64,000 bases of DNA from Hyaloraphidium curvatum SAG 235-1 (GCA_025558095.1 JAIVFI010000032.1:248001-312000), one strand, 5' to 3'; shown: positions 9,570-28,290, numbered from the stretch's first letter. Notes: a model not told the origin generated them from the letters alone. Numbers and translations are program-made.

Positions 9570-9574
9570 AAAAG

Positions 9575-10426
9575 AGCGCACCTTGAGCAGAGACCGCTGC
9601 AGAGCATACCACACATGGTGTCAGCGTCTGCCACGTCCGCTGTTGGAACCCACAATGTCCAGAAAACTGCGCCAAAAGTGACGAAAGCGGTGTAGGTGCC
9701 CAGCGCGGTGATGGCGCAGAACGGGAAGAGGGATAGGAGAGACTGGTCCACAAGAAAGAGAAGCGCGGTCCATGTCGGGGTCGTTCCCAGGCATCGAGAT
9801 GCTGGGCACGGGCACAGCGGATCGCCTTCGACGTGCTCGAGGAGGCTGGGGCGCTGCGGTCCAGGCAGCTGCTCGGGGTCCTGCGCCTTGGACGCCGTCT
9901 CGCCGGAGCCGTCGCCCTGGAGCCATCTGACGAGCGGCACCAAGAGGTGCCCAGAAAGGTCCTGCTTCGGCGCGGGTGCGGACGCGCTATTTCCTGTTGC
10001 GGTGATGCGGACGTCCCGGGCCGTCCGGATCTTCGCCAACGCCCACCAAGTGATGTCTCCCACCCATGGGAAGATGGCGGCAATCGTGCCGACAATGATC
10101 TGTCGCCGCCCAAAGAAGTGGCCATAGTCGCTGTTGAGCACAATCACGGCCGCCAAGAGCGCGGCGTGGGAGGCCGCGGCCACGTAGCCCCGCACGACGC
10201 CGGAGGCGAGCCATGGAGCGAAGAACGCGTTGGTGGAGTTCACGGCGCTCAGCAGGCGGAACGGCGCGAGCGTGCGCGCCATGCTCTTCGCGGTCACGGG
10301 GTCCGGCGCGCGCAGTGCTTCCGCGGGGTCGTCCGAGGGCGGCGGGGCCAGCGCCGACCAGGTCGGCACGGGCACCTGCGCCTCAGGGAAGAGGAGAAGG
10401 TAGTCGGACGCGCTGAAAATTGGCAT
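9575..10426 (-). pseudogene. Multi-pass membrane protein gene of unknown family, truncated or interrupted at the LTR element
   Basis: GC-rich ORF with hydrophobic segments and a DPLCPCPASRC motif; the ORF runs into the LTR at 9569. Confidence 0.55.
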
Positions 10427-10899
10427 CCTCGGCGCGTTGTCGCGACAACATTGGCAGACGGACTACGTGCTGGTGCCGGTACGGGAGGCGCACCCGCCCG
10501 CTTTCCACGTTTCTTTCTCCCGAGCACACCAGTTAGCGACACGCCAGATCCAAAGAGGGCAGTCAAGTGCAGCGGTGCAACGGCACAGTGATACCAATAC
10601 AGTGACCGTTTGTACCTTCTACCGTGATCCAGAGTACCGAGTGGCCTCTAACGCACTCCATGCGCCGTTGTAGCCGAAGCATGGACTTCCAGGAGCTTGC
10701 ATCCACGCCACCAATTCATAGTGGCGTGCCAACCTGCGATACCCCACGTAAGCTTGTCACCTCACGGACCCCGCCCTTGGTGGGAAACTTGCGGACAAGG
10801 CGCGTCTGAAGGCATTGGTTGACGTGAGGCTGTAAACTCGTAGATTTGGCCTCTTGCTGCGGGCTGCCTGCTAGCAACGAGGTCAGCAATGGCGACGGA

Positions 10900-12071
10900 G
10901 GACCATGCAAAGGCTGTTGACTAGAAGACGATGACGAAGATATACTGCTGTGCAAATAAGTAAAGCCACATACAGGAGCCAGGAGCTGGAAGAGGGTCAA
11001 CAGCATCAAGCTCCTGGCATATCAACTCACGTCAACCGGGCAGAGCAACGACCGTGTGCACGGCAGGGGGCAAAAAGATGATGCTGCCTACGGAATCTGG
11101 CTCCGGGACATCAGGGAGCAGCCTGGGATGCAGAGTCCTGACTTCCAGCTGAAGCTCTACAGCATGAAGGTCAAGGCAATGGGCCAGTATGGAACCCGTT
11201 CATTGTCGAGATGCCGAAGGAGGAGTACCTTGCCAGGGAAAGCACCAGGGACAAAGTGACATGCATGGCCCTTCGTGCTGTCACTCACCAGCCCAAATCT
11301 ACCTCCCTGACTTGTCTGTACGCGATCACTGGCCAGTCCCTCTTGCAGTTCATGACCATGAGTCGGCTCTCAAGTTCCTCATGCGCATCAAAACAGCTGA
11401 CCCTGCATTGTACCTGCTCTACAAGGAGGTCAAGACCGGGGCGCTGCCTTCCTGAGGGAACTACTTGTATACTATGGTGGAGAGGAGGGGAGGGAGATGT
11501 GGGAGAAGGACACTTCTTCATGGGCCAAAGAGACTGTGGCGAATCTTGTGAAGGGCGAGTTCAGGGAGATCAATGCCCAGAAGCTCAAGGACAATGCCAA
11601 GCTGCACTTCTGGAGGATGTGTGGCATGACCTTTAGCCACATTGCACCATCCCTGATCCGGGTGGAGAAGCACCGGAGGGATTTCCAGAAGCTGCTCTGC
11701 TCCACCCATGACCTGGAGGTGGAGACAGACAGGTACCAGGACTTGAGGTGCAGCAGAGGGTGTGCAAACATGACCCTGAGCACATTGGAGACGAACAACA
11801 TTTTCTGTTCCACTGTTCAGCAAATGAAGAGCGGCGCCAGAAGCTGCAGACCAGACTGGAAGCACTGGGCCACGAGTGGAACATGGAGACCTGGCTCTGG
11901 GCTCTTAGCATAAAGCAGTTCGAGCCCACAATCAAACTGAGGTGGCAGAAGGAGAAGGCCCTTGACTCCATTGCCAGCTTCATCTCAAAGTCCAAGAAGG
12001 ACAGAAAACGGGATAAAGTGAAAAAGGTGCATGACAACGAACTTCAAATTAGCAGCAAACTGATGGTGTAA
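10900..12071 (+). mobile_element. Degenerate, 5'-truncated non-LTR (LINE) retrotransposon ORF2 remnant
   Basis: Frameshifted post-RT motifs ELERVNSIKLLAYQLTSTG, KLYSMKVKAMGQYG, CSTHDLEVETDRY and the C-terminal zinc motif RVCKHDPEHIGDEQHFLFHC; CpG-poor. Confidence 0.75.
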
Positions 12072-12383
12072 CCAGTGGGGCCCTGCATCATGCCTTGATG
12101 TCAGAACCCAAATGGTAGTGCATGAACGGCAGCAGAGAATATGTTGAAATTGCTGTCGATGGCAAGGCAGGCGTATTTTTGCTCAAGGTGAACTCATCGG
12201 TGGTGGCTGGTAATTGAGGATACCATGGGGCCGGCGACAAGATGCCTGGTAAGACTCAAAGGGGAACCAGGAAGCATCTTGTTCCGCAATGTCCTGTACA
12301 TTTCAACCACTGAGTCGCCAGGCACCTTCCCGACGCCACGCATGGTCCGCTGCCGAGCACAGTCCACTCGCCAGGCGCGGCCC

Positions 12384-13049
12384 CTACTCCTTGCCTTGGG
12401 AGACAAGAATGTCCGAGTCCCCAGGGTCCACAATGGAGAGGCAGCCTACCCGGAAGTACCGACCGCACGCGGTTCCGAGGTCGATGTTGTCTGTGAAGCG
12501 GGCTTCCTCAGCACATGCCCCGATTCCGCCTTGACGGGTGGCAACTCACTTCCAGAGTAGTGGTGCACGCCAGTCTTGGACAGCATGGCGTAGTACTCGA
12601 GCTCAGATTTCCGGAGCGGCGGGCAGTTCCCCGAGATGATGACAAGCTTGGCTGGAAGCGCACGGGGCCAAGTCAGACGGCGTGCTCCGCGTCAGCCCTC
12701 CTCCGACCCCGCTGGGGCAGTATCGCTGGGCTGCGCACGGCCACAGGCACATGGACGGCAATGCCACCCTCCACAGGGCCTCCCGATGACCACGGGGCGG
12801 CGCCTGCCTCGCTGGGTCGCCCTGCCGGCCGCGGCCCTCCGACTCCACGGACTGCAAATACCCACCCTTGCCCTGCCGAATGCTCTTCAACGTCGACTTG
12901 TAGCCGAGTGTGTACTTGCCACTCTTCATGACAAGCGCCAGGCGGGAGTTGATGGACTGGCCAGCCGTCGGCGTCAGCGTCGTCCGACCATTTGTCCCGA
13001 GGCATCCCACCTCCATGTTCCGCTTCGACTTCGAAGCCTTCGTGGCCAT
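12384..13049 (-). CDS. RPL30: 60S ribosomal protein L30 (eL30), 4 exons
   Basis: [88 protein letters not shown]. Confidence 0.97.
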
Positions 13050-13578
13050 CGCGACGGTTGCTCTTTGCAGAAGACTGAGCAGAGAGGTGGCGGTTAGCAT
13101 CGGAACTCTCTCTCCTCCCCGAACAGCCGGGTATCCAGGGAAGCAGAACCGCAAGCCAGAGCACAATGCGTCGGTTCCACAGCAACGTCCAACAGCAAGG
13201 CGGCCCGGTAGGCAGGTTCGCTGCACAGCCTGCGGGAGCTACGCCGTTGGCAGGGCTTCCCGAGCTCGCCAGCAGCAGACCGGCCGGGGAATCCAGAACC
13301 GGCCACGTTCTGCCCGCCATGCCAACCCCAGGCCCCAGCGCCCGTCGGTCAAGACCAGACAGAGCTCCCAGATCGCCGCAACGCCATGGTGCCGGCCGGA
13401 GAGGCCTGCGATGCTCACCAGAGGAAGAGTGGAGCGAGCGATGGTCGCGGTGGGGTGGGCTCTCAGAAGGCCACACACCAAAAATCGCCAACCGCGAGGT
13501 TAGATCGATGAAATCCCTTGCCAAAGACCCATGAAGCTAATGCGAAATCAAACATTGATTAATAGAAGCCTACTTGCT

Positions 13579-15244
13579 TCAAGCATCAGCCGCGCCGCCC
13601 TCTCCAGCGTCGTCCGGCTGGGCCTCCGCGGGTTTGGAATCCACCGCCTCGGCATCCCCCGCCTTGGCGTCGTCCGCCTTTCCGTCCTGGGCCACAGCGT
13701 CGTCGGCCTTGGAATCCACCTTCATGGGCTCAGCCGCCGGCTCGGCTTCCTCGGTCGCGTCCGCAGCGGGTTCTGGTGGCGGCGCGGGATCCGCAGCCCC
13801 GTCGGCAGCGGAGGCCCCATCGCCTGCGACGGCCTCGGCCTTGACCGCGTCGCCAGAGGAAGACGGCGCGTCCGCCTCCAGCGGCGTTTCTGCCGCCGGC
13901 CCTTTGCCCGTGGTCGGGGTGCTCTCTCCGGCGGTCGCGTCCCGCCACTTGTGCACCAGAGCCTCGGAGCGGGCCACGAGCTTGTACACGTCGCTCTTTA
14001 TGTCCTTGGCGGCGAGCTTCTTGATGACTTTGGCCAGCTTTGTTTCCTAAGTGCCGTCGTGTGAGCTTCCGAGGCGGCGCGCCGGAGCAACGGCAGCACC
14101 TGGAGCTTCTCCATGGAGAAGTTGCCCGTTTCAACGTCGTTCAAAACTTCGCTCGCCTTTTTCGCCGTCTCCTCGTCCTGCGGGGAACTGTATCAGCCTC
14201 GCAGCCAACCGACCGTCCGACAGGCTGACCTCCAAGTTCTCCGTCAGGTACTTCTGAAGCTTGATGCGGCATTTCATGACCGCTGGCGCGCCGAGTTAGC
14301 GTTTTTGATGCCGAGCAAAGCCTCGAGGGTGGACCCACGGTCCGTTTTGGACATGGGAACCTCGGCCAGTGCCCTCGACTCGTCCGACTTGCCCTTTGAC
14401 TTCTTGGACGACCCCTGTTCCTCTCCGGAGCGACGCTCCTCCTTCTTCCGTTTCTTCTCTTCCTTCTTTTCCTTCTTGAGCCGCTGCCGTCGGAAGGGCG
14501 CAATGTGAGCTCGGCAAAAATCGCTTCCCCGGACCACGCTACCTTCTTCTCGGCTTTGGCCTCGTCGTCCTCGTCACTGCTGCCGTCCTTTCCGCCGGCT
14601 TTCTTTTCCGCCTTCTTCTGGCGCTTGCGCGCCGCCTCGATCTCCTTCTCCTCGGCCTTCCGCTTCTTGGCCTCCCATTGCTGCCGCTTCTGCGCGAGCT
14701 CCTCCTCGATCTTTTCGGGATTGTCGGCGTACTCAAGAGCCGAGCGGAGCTTCTTGTCCGACTTCTTCGTGAACTCCGCCTTGTGCTCCGCGTATGGCTT
14801 CAGCTCGGCCGGCGTGAACCACCCGCTGCGATCGTCCGCGACGCGTCAATCAACTCGCCGACGCGTCCAGGCGATCAGCAACCCACTAGTCCCAAGTCTC
14901 ACACCACAGCACGGGGATCGAGTCCTTCTTGCGCTTCTCCTTGAGCGCCGCGTCGGAAACGTCCTCGAACTTCTCAACCTGCCGTCCAGAGCCCGTCAGC
15001 CCGGGAAACGGAGCCGGAAGCAGGCAGCAAAAGACGCGTCCTCACCCTTCCCGGCCACCACTGCAATCCGGAAGACCGCCCAGGGCGCGTTGAATGCGGG
15101 TCTCAGAGAACGCGTCGAGGTCGAGCCCACCGGGAACCCCTTCAGCTTTCCCCAGACCATGTCGCCGGGCTTCCATGGTGAATACGATGGAGCCTGCTGT
15201 CCGACGGTTTCGGCTCCCTCGCCGTCCGGTGCCGTGTCGGACAT
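13579..15244 (-). CDS. PWWP-domain chromatin protein with C-terminal TFIIS-N/IBD-like helical domain
   Basis: KPGDMVWGKLKGFP|WWPGR; Lys/Glu-rich middle; ETKLAKVIKKLA...ARSEALVHKWR resembles the TFIIS-N fold; acidic tail. Confidence 0.8.
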
Positions 15245-15310
15245 GTTGGTGAACGGTTTCGTCGCGACCGCGCGTGCCAGACATGCAATCACACTTTTCG
15301 CGGGTGGTGT

Positions 15311-19068
<3,758 letters not shown>

Positions 19069-19104
19069 TATGGCCCGGTGGATAGAGATACCCCGCTGTT
19101 AAGC

Positions 19105-20520
19105 TCATCCGAAAACATCTTTCAGGATGCGTTGCTCGTCCTCGATCTCTGGCAACAGAGTATCGCGCCGCTCCCTCCTGCTGTCCTTGGCCACACGCTT
19201 CGCCACGTACTTGGCGCCGTTCGAGGCGCGCTTCAGCGCCCGGCGAATCTGCGGAGACGTGTCAAGGTCCGGGCGCCGTGGGGCAGCATAAGTCGACGAC
19301 CCACGGCAGACGGTGTCTGATAGTCTTCTTCCGCATACAGCGTCGTGCCGCTGAAGGATCCGTCGAAGATCCTAATCAGTTTGAGGACGATCCTCGGCCC
19401 GATCTCCACTAAGGACATCTTGCCAGCGTCATCCCCGGTTTGCTCCACGATCTGTCACGTGGGATCAATCCAGCACAAGGCCCTAGCGCCCAGCCGGGAA
19501 AACCCACCTGGTAGTTCCTGATCCATATGCGACCGTCGAGGATGTGAAACGACATGACGTGATCGACAAAAGGCTTCAGTTTTCGTGATGTCCGCGGGAC
19601 TGAAAAGACCTAAACCGACTGCATGTCAGCTCTGACGAGCCGCACGGCCCGAACAAGCACCGACTTGGGCGAAAAGCTCCTTAAGCAGGACCAAGTGCGG
19701 CTTCTCATCGAAAGCCTTATCGAAGGAAACTATGGGACGCGACCCCTTCAGGCAGTTTCCGGTCATCCTGAGCTCCGTCATGGTGTGCACTACATAAAAC
19801 AGGGTCAGCAACCGCTTCATGCACGGGGAGACGTGCGAGCTACCATTCTGCACGTGAAACTTGGCACTGGGCCCGTTGGGCGTCCGAGAGAGCCACAGAA
19901 AGAGATCGGTAGCGCGGCGAACCTCGAAGAAGAGGCAGTTGTTGCAGTTGTTGAGCTCCGCGAGCTCGTTCAAGAGGTACAGGTTGGACTTGGAGTCGTA
20001 CTTGCTCTCTGAAGAGGCCGCAAACATCAATGATGAAGCTGCGGCACCAGGATATGGCACGCCGGACTCTACCTGATTTCGAATGGGGCATCAGAGCAAC
20101 GAGGTCCTGCAGAAGGTGCCGATATCTTGCGTCGGCACCGTCAGAACCCAACCAAGCCTACTAATCAGGCACCGCCCACCTTTGGGTAATGCCGCGCGAG
20201 GAAAGTGCCATGACCCTTTGTCGGTTCTTGAATCCAGTTGCAGAATCGGACGGCCTCTGCTCCGCCTGCTCCCTCTTCTTGACCTTCCCCGGCTTTTGCT
20301 TCCCGGCCACCGGTTCCTTCAGCAGCAGCCCCTTCCGTCCAAGAGGCTTGGGTGCCTCGACCTCCGCGACCCCGCTCTCCTCCGCGTCCTCAAAATCGTC
20401 GACGAAAGCGTCCCCAGTTGGAAGACCGTCCCCCCGGTCCACATCGTCTTCCCGCTTCTTTCCGTGTGCTCTGGTCTTGGCCTTTGCCTTTGCCTTTGGG
20501 TTCGAGCCTTTGGGCTTCAT
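19105..20520 (-). CDS. BRX1: Ribosome biogenesis Brix-domain protein Brx1
   Basis: KNRQRVMALSSRGITQR, RHLLQDLVALMPHSK, LNELAELNNCNNCLFFE, HTMTELRMTGNCLKGSRP, LVEIGPRIVL. Confidence 0.93.
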
Positions 20521-20616
20521 CGGCGGCTGCGATGGCGTGGGTTCGTGCCGTTGTTTGGGTTCGCGTCGTCGCGGGCGGCGGCGGAAACCGCTGGTGGGCC
20601 AACCGCAACCACTGCG

Positions 20617-23610
20617 ATGTCCTCGGACGACGAGGAAAACGCGCCGCTGGCGCAGCGTCGCACCGTGAAATTGGAACCCCAGTCTCCGAATGGGGCCGAA
20701 GCCGTGAAGCGGAAGGCGGACCGCGACTCGGAGGCCTCGCTGGAATCGTCCGACTCCGAGCGTCCCAAGGTGCGATCCCGACCCCAGCGCCTTCCCCGGG
20801 CAATGAATTGCGGGCTGCGGGATTACATTTGAGGGGTGTGAACCGCCTAATGTTCCTGTGGCATCCGCAGAAGAAGCAGAAGAAGCGGAAGGCTTCGTCG
20901 TCGGAAGACTCGGATTCGGTGAGGACTGCCGGCTCAGACCCAGATCTGGGGCTGACGACACTTCGCACGGCAGGACAAGCCAAAGCCGTCGAAGCGCAAG
21001 GCCTCGAAGGGCAAGAGCTCGAAGCGCAAACGTGAATCCTCAGAGAGCGAGGACTCGGACGGCAGCGCGGCGCCGGCTCGGAAGCCCAGCAAGTCGTCGT
21101 CGTCGCGCAAGACGAAGAAGGAGAAGGGCGCGGAGTCAAAGGACGCGGCGGCGGAACCCCGGAAGAAGGCGTCCTCAAAGGCCAAAGTGAAGGCGGAGGC
21201 CAAGGAAACCCCCAAGACAAAGGGCGGGGCAAAGGGGAAGCAGAAGGATGCCGAAAGCAACGCCTCCGACAATGGCGAGGAGGAAGAGGAGTACAAGTGG
21301 TGGGCGGACCACGAGGGTCTGGACAAGACCGAGAAATGGAAGACCCTGGAGCACAACGGCGTCTACTTCCCCCCGGAGTACGTGCCGCACGGCGTCAAGA
21401 TGAAGTACAAGGGTGCGTCGGCCGCGTTTCGCCACAGATCGGGCTTGATGTGTGCGCTTCAGGGAAAGAAGTGGAGCTGGGACCCGAGCAGGAGGAGGTT
21501 GCCGGCTTCTATGCCCAGCTCCTGGGGACGGACTGGGTGGCGAACCCCATTTTCCAAAAGAACTTCTTCAAGGATTTCCAGGCGGTTCTGCAGAAGCAGA
21601 AGGTCGGGCCCGTGCTGGCGTTGTTGCGGCCCGTGCTCACGGACATCCCAACCCCCGCAGCCGGCCCCTCCGATCAAGACTTTGGAGGACTGCGACTTCA
21701 CTCCCATCGCCGACTACTACGCGCAGCAGAAGGAAGCGAGGAAGAGCGCAACCAAGGAGGAGAAGGAGGTGGCAAAGAAGGAGAAGAAGGAGCTTGAGGA
21801 TCGGTACGGCTGGGCGCTCGTCGATGGGAGGAAGGAGAAGGTCGGCAATTTCCGCGTCGAACCTCCCGGCCTGTTCCGCGGCCGCGGGGCCCATCCAAAA
21901 GCAGGATGCCTGAAGGTGGGTTCATCGTCGCCGGTCCCTGCAGTGCCGCTCCTTCGGCGTGCTGAACGCAGTGCCGCTCCTTCGGCGTGCTGAACATGCC
22001 CGTCCCAGCTTCGTGTGCGTCCGGAACAAATCACGATCAACGTGGCAAAAGGCGCCAAGGTCCCGGACCCGCCGGCGGGTCACAAATGGGGAAGCGTCGT
22101 GCACGACAACACCGTCACGTGGCTCGCTTACTGGAAAGAGAACGTCAACGACAACTTCAAGTACGTCTTTCTGGCGGCTGGTTCCAGCCTGAAAGGCCAG
22201 AGCGACCTCAAGAAGTTCGAGAAGGCGAGAGAGCTCAAGGTTGGTGCGTTCCCGCTTCTCCGTGCGCCAACCTGACGCTCCTGGGCGCAGAAACACGTGC
22301 ACCGCATTCGCGAGGACTACACCTCCGATCTGAAGAGCGAAGTCATGGCCGATAGGCAGCGCGCCACCGCCATGTACTTCATCGATCGTCTGGCCCTGCG
22401 TGCTGGCAACGAGAAGGGCGAAGACGAGGCGGACACCGTCGGTTGCTGCTCGTTGCGGTTCGAACACGTGACGCTGGAGAAGCCCAACAAGGTTGTCTTC
22501 GACTTTCTCGGCAAGGACAGCATCCGGTACTACAACGAGGTGCCCGTGGAGGACCAAGTGTTCAAGAACATCAAGATCTTCAAGCGGGAACCGAAGAAGG
22601 AAGGGGATCCGCTCTTCGACCGCCTCGACGTCTGTTTCCTCGCGATCCGTTTGGTGGCCCGGGGCTCACGTCCTTTGCAGACGACCAAGCTCAACAAGCA
22701 CCTCCAGAACTACATGAAGGGGCTCAGTGCCAAGGTCTTCCGTACCTACAACGCATCGCACACCTTCCAAGAGGAACTGAAGAAGACGCCCGAGGACGGC
22801 ACGGTGGCGGAGAAAGTGCTCGCGTACAACCGCGCCAACCGTCAGGTCGCCATTCTGTGCAATCACCAGCGGAGTGTCCCCAAGACGCATACGGTCCAGC
22901 TGGAGAAGCTCCAGGACAAGGTCAGATCCCATGCGGCGCTCTGGCTCCCTCTGCGGTTGCTCACTCATGTTGTTATACTGCAGGTCCGCGCCCTCAAGTA
23001 CCAGCGAAAGAAGGTCAAGGAACAGATCGTCGAGCTCGATCCTAAGAAGAAGAAGCTTCTGAAGGAGGAGGAATCCGACCTGGACGAGGAGTGGATTACT
23101 AAGTACGAGGAGCAGCAGAAGGTCAAGGAAGCAGAGGCGCGACAAAAGAAGCTGGACCAGCTCAACGAGGAGCGCAAGAAGGAGGGGGAAAAGCCTCTGG
23201 CGCTCAAGGACCTGCCGTCGCCCAAGAAAGCGAACCCGTCCGTCGAGAAGCTGGAAGCCCAACTCGACACGCTGGCGGACCGAATCAAGGCACAGAAGCT
23301 GACACTGATAGACAAGGTGAGGTGCACTGTTATCGCTCCGCCTTCCGGGCTCCTCACGTGCAATTCCACCGTCAGGACGAGAACAAGACGACGGCTTTGG
23401 GGACTTCGAAGATCAACTACAGCAAGTTTATTGCGTTGCGTCGCCGGCGGCGACTGACCGGCCTCCCTTCCTGCAGTCGATCCACGGATCTCGGTCGCGT
23501 GGTGTCGCAAGTACGACGTTCCCTTGGAGAAGGTTTTCAACAAGTCGCTGCTGACCAAGTTCCGCTGGGCAATCGAAATGGTCGGCGAGAACGGCGACTG
23601 GCAGTTCTGA
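20617..23610 (+). CDS. TOP1: DNA topoisomerase IB
   Basis: [78 protein letters not shown](I)DPR. Confidence 0.98.
21940..21995 (+). repeat. Perfect 28-bp tandem duplication inside a TOP1 intron
   Basis: GCAGTGCCGCTCCTTCGGCGTGCTGAAC occurs twice in tandem. Confidence 0.95.
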
Positions 23611-23967
23611 TTGTCGTCGTGAGTGCTGATTCACCTGTCGTTGACGACGTCTCATGCCACATCCATCAGCCTATACCGCCGGCGCGCTATTCCAGATACC
23701 ACAGAAGATGTAAATTTCTGTCTCGAACACACTTCGTCCCTCTGATTGGTTGATTAGCTGTCAGCTGTAGTCACTCGGTAGTCACTCCTTCCGCCGCACA
23801 CTCCAAATTCCCCCGCTCTCTCGACAAGGACCAACGGGTCCGAACGGCCGGGCCCGGCACTAAAAGCTCTGTTGCGGCGCTATGTTGCAACCGAGAGCTC
23901 TCTGGTGATTTAGGCGTGGCGGACAGGCCGGGCAACACGGACTGCGCGACCGCGGGAGGTCCGCTCC

Positions 23968-26783
<2,816 letters not shown>

Positions 26784-26855
26784 ACGAAATGCGGGAAGTG
26801 CTGCTTGTCGGCGTCGCTCCGGCGGCCCACGCACACCACACGGCGGCCAAGGGAG

Positions 26856-27740
26856 ATGCCCAGCTACCGAGCGTCTTCGGCCAGCGCCTCAGATATCGAC
26901 GAAGATGACGGCTTTGGCATGCCGCGGAGGCGGCTGCGGCCGCGGCGGACAGACTCGGAGCACCAACCGTTCGAACAGGGTTGGCGCGGGACCCTTCCCG
27001 CCGACGGCTCGGGGCCTGACGAGCCTTTGCAGACACACTTGCCGCCCTCATTACGCCTTCCTGCGTCCTGACAATCAAGGACAACGTCGAGGACACGGCC
27101 GTACAGATCGCGCTGCCCGAGAGCATGACCAGTGTCACCGCGTTGCCCGTCCCTGCTATCTCTCAAACGGTCAACGAGAACATTGAGATACCGCATTTTC
27201 GTTTGCTCGGACCGGACGAGTTGGCGGCGCTGGCGACGCGGCAGCGCAAGCCGCGGGAACCGAAGGAGGACAACCAGGTGGGACACAACAAGCGGTTGGA
27301 GCCATATCGCGAGCTCACGAGCTGAATGTGGCAGCCAGAGCAAATGTCGGACGAAGCATTCGAGGCCCGGCATCGGAAGTACGAACGCGAGGAGAAGCGG
27401 CTGAAGAACAGGGAGATGGAGATCGTCCGACACGAGATGTGGAAGAAGCGGGAGGCCGCGGAACGCAAGAAGTATCGGGATTTTTCGCGCACCGCAGTCG
27501 GAGGCCGCAAAGGGAGCGTTCCGCCGGAGGATCGCACCGAGATGGAGGTCATTGGAGGCCAGATGCCTAGGGCAACCCGGGAGCCGTCAGCCGAAGAAGC
27601 CGTGGATCCGAAAGCTCGGGGTTTTGATTCTGCTGCCGGTGGATTGGCAGAACGAGGGCGCAAGGGACGGCCGCCACGTGGGAGCTCTTTTGTTGTGATC
27701 TGGCTTCGGTGCTCATGCTCTCGTCACAGGCGACCGATGA
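26856..27740 (+). CDS. Small PEHE/Sas4-like domain protein (putative MYST acetyltransferase partner)
   Basis: Spliced frame gives IEIPHFR...MSDEAFEARHRKYEREEKRLKNRE, matching the PEHE pattern. Confidence 0.65.
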
Positions 27741-27748
27741 TCGTGCAT

Positions 27749-28290
27749 TCATTGCGGACCGTTCGTCAGCTTGTGGCGAACGTTCTGGCTGACCCTATCC
27801 TGTGTGCACGGTGGTGTTGAGAATGTGGTTTGAGCACCGTCGTTTTAGTGGTACCTTTGTCACTTCCTTGTGGAGTTCGACTGTCTTCGCCGCCAGTGCT
27901 GCAGCTGTTTGCTCGCATTTCAGGATGTTTCTTTCGGCCAGTTCAGCGGGAGGCGGCCGGGTCGAGAGTGCTTTCTGATGGGGTCGGGTGAATGGCTGCG
28001 AATGAAATGCCTGCTTCACCCCACCTTTAGTCCGTCCGATCGCCTGGCTTTCTCAAGCTCCAAGGCGGCGTCTGCGAGGGCGCTGGAGAGGCCCATGGGG
28101 GCCTTCAAAATCTTGGTGCAAGAGCAGTTCAGCGACCCTGGCTCTTGGGCAGATTTCGTCCCGGAACGGATGCCCAACCCCGAATCATGCAACTGTGCTG
28201 CAGATGGGTGCCGCTCGAGTGCTTTAGCTAGGGTTTCCGTTTACCGCCGGCCGGAAAGGATGCGATCGGGAACGATCGCGCCCTCCCACA
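27749..28290 (-). CDS. RPEL-repeat (G-actin-binding) protein; start uncertain
   Basis: KALSTRPPPAELAERNILK plus a degenerate upstream repeat KALERHPSAAQLHDSG..ILK. Confidence 0.65.

Noticed and set aside
9641-9652. TGTTGGAACCCA, resembling an LTR start
   Set aside because: Only ~10 nt match, with no further LTR similarity, and it lies within an ORF.
27060-27075. Apparent in-frame TGA suggesting selenocysteine or readthrough in the PEHE gene
   Set aside because: Splicing of the upstream intron (~26980-27032) shifts the frame and removes the stop.
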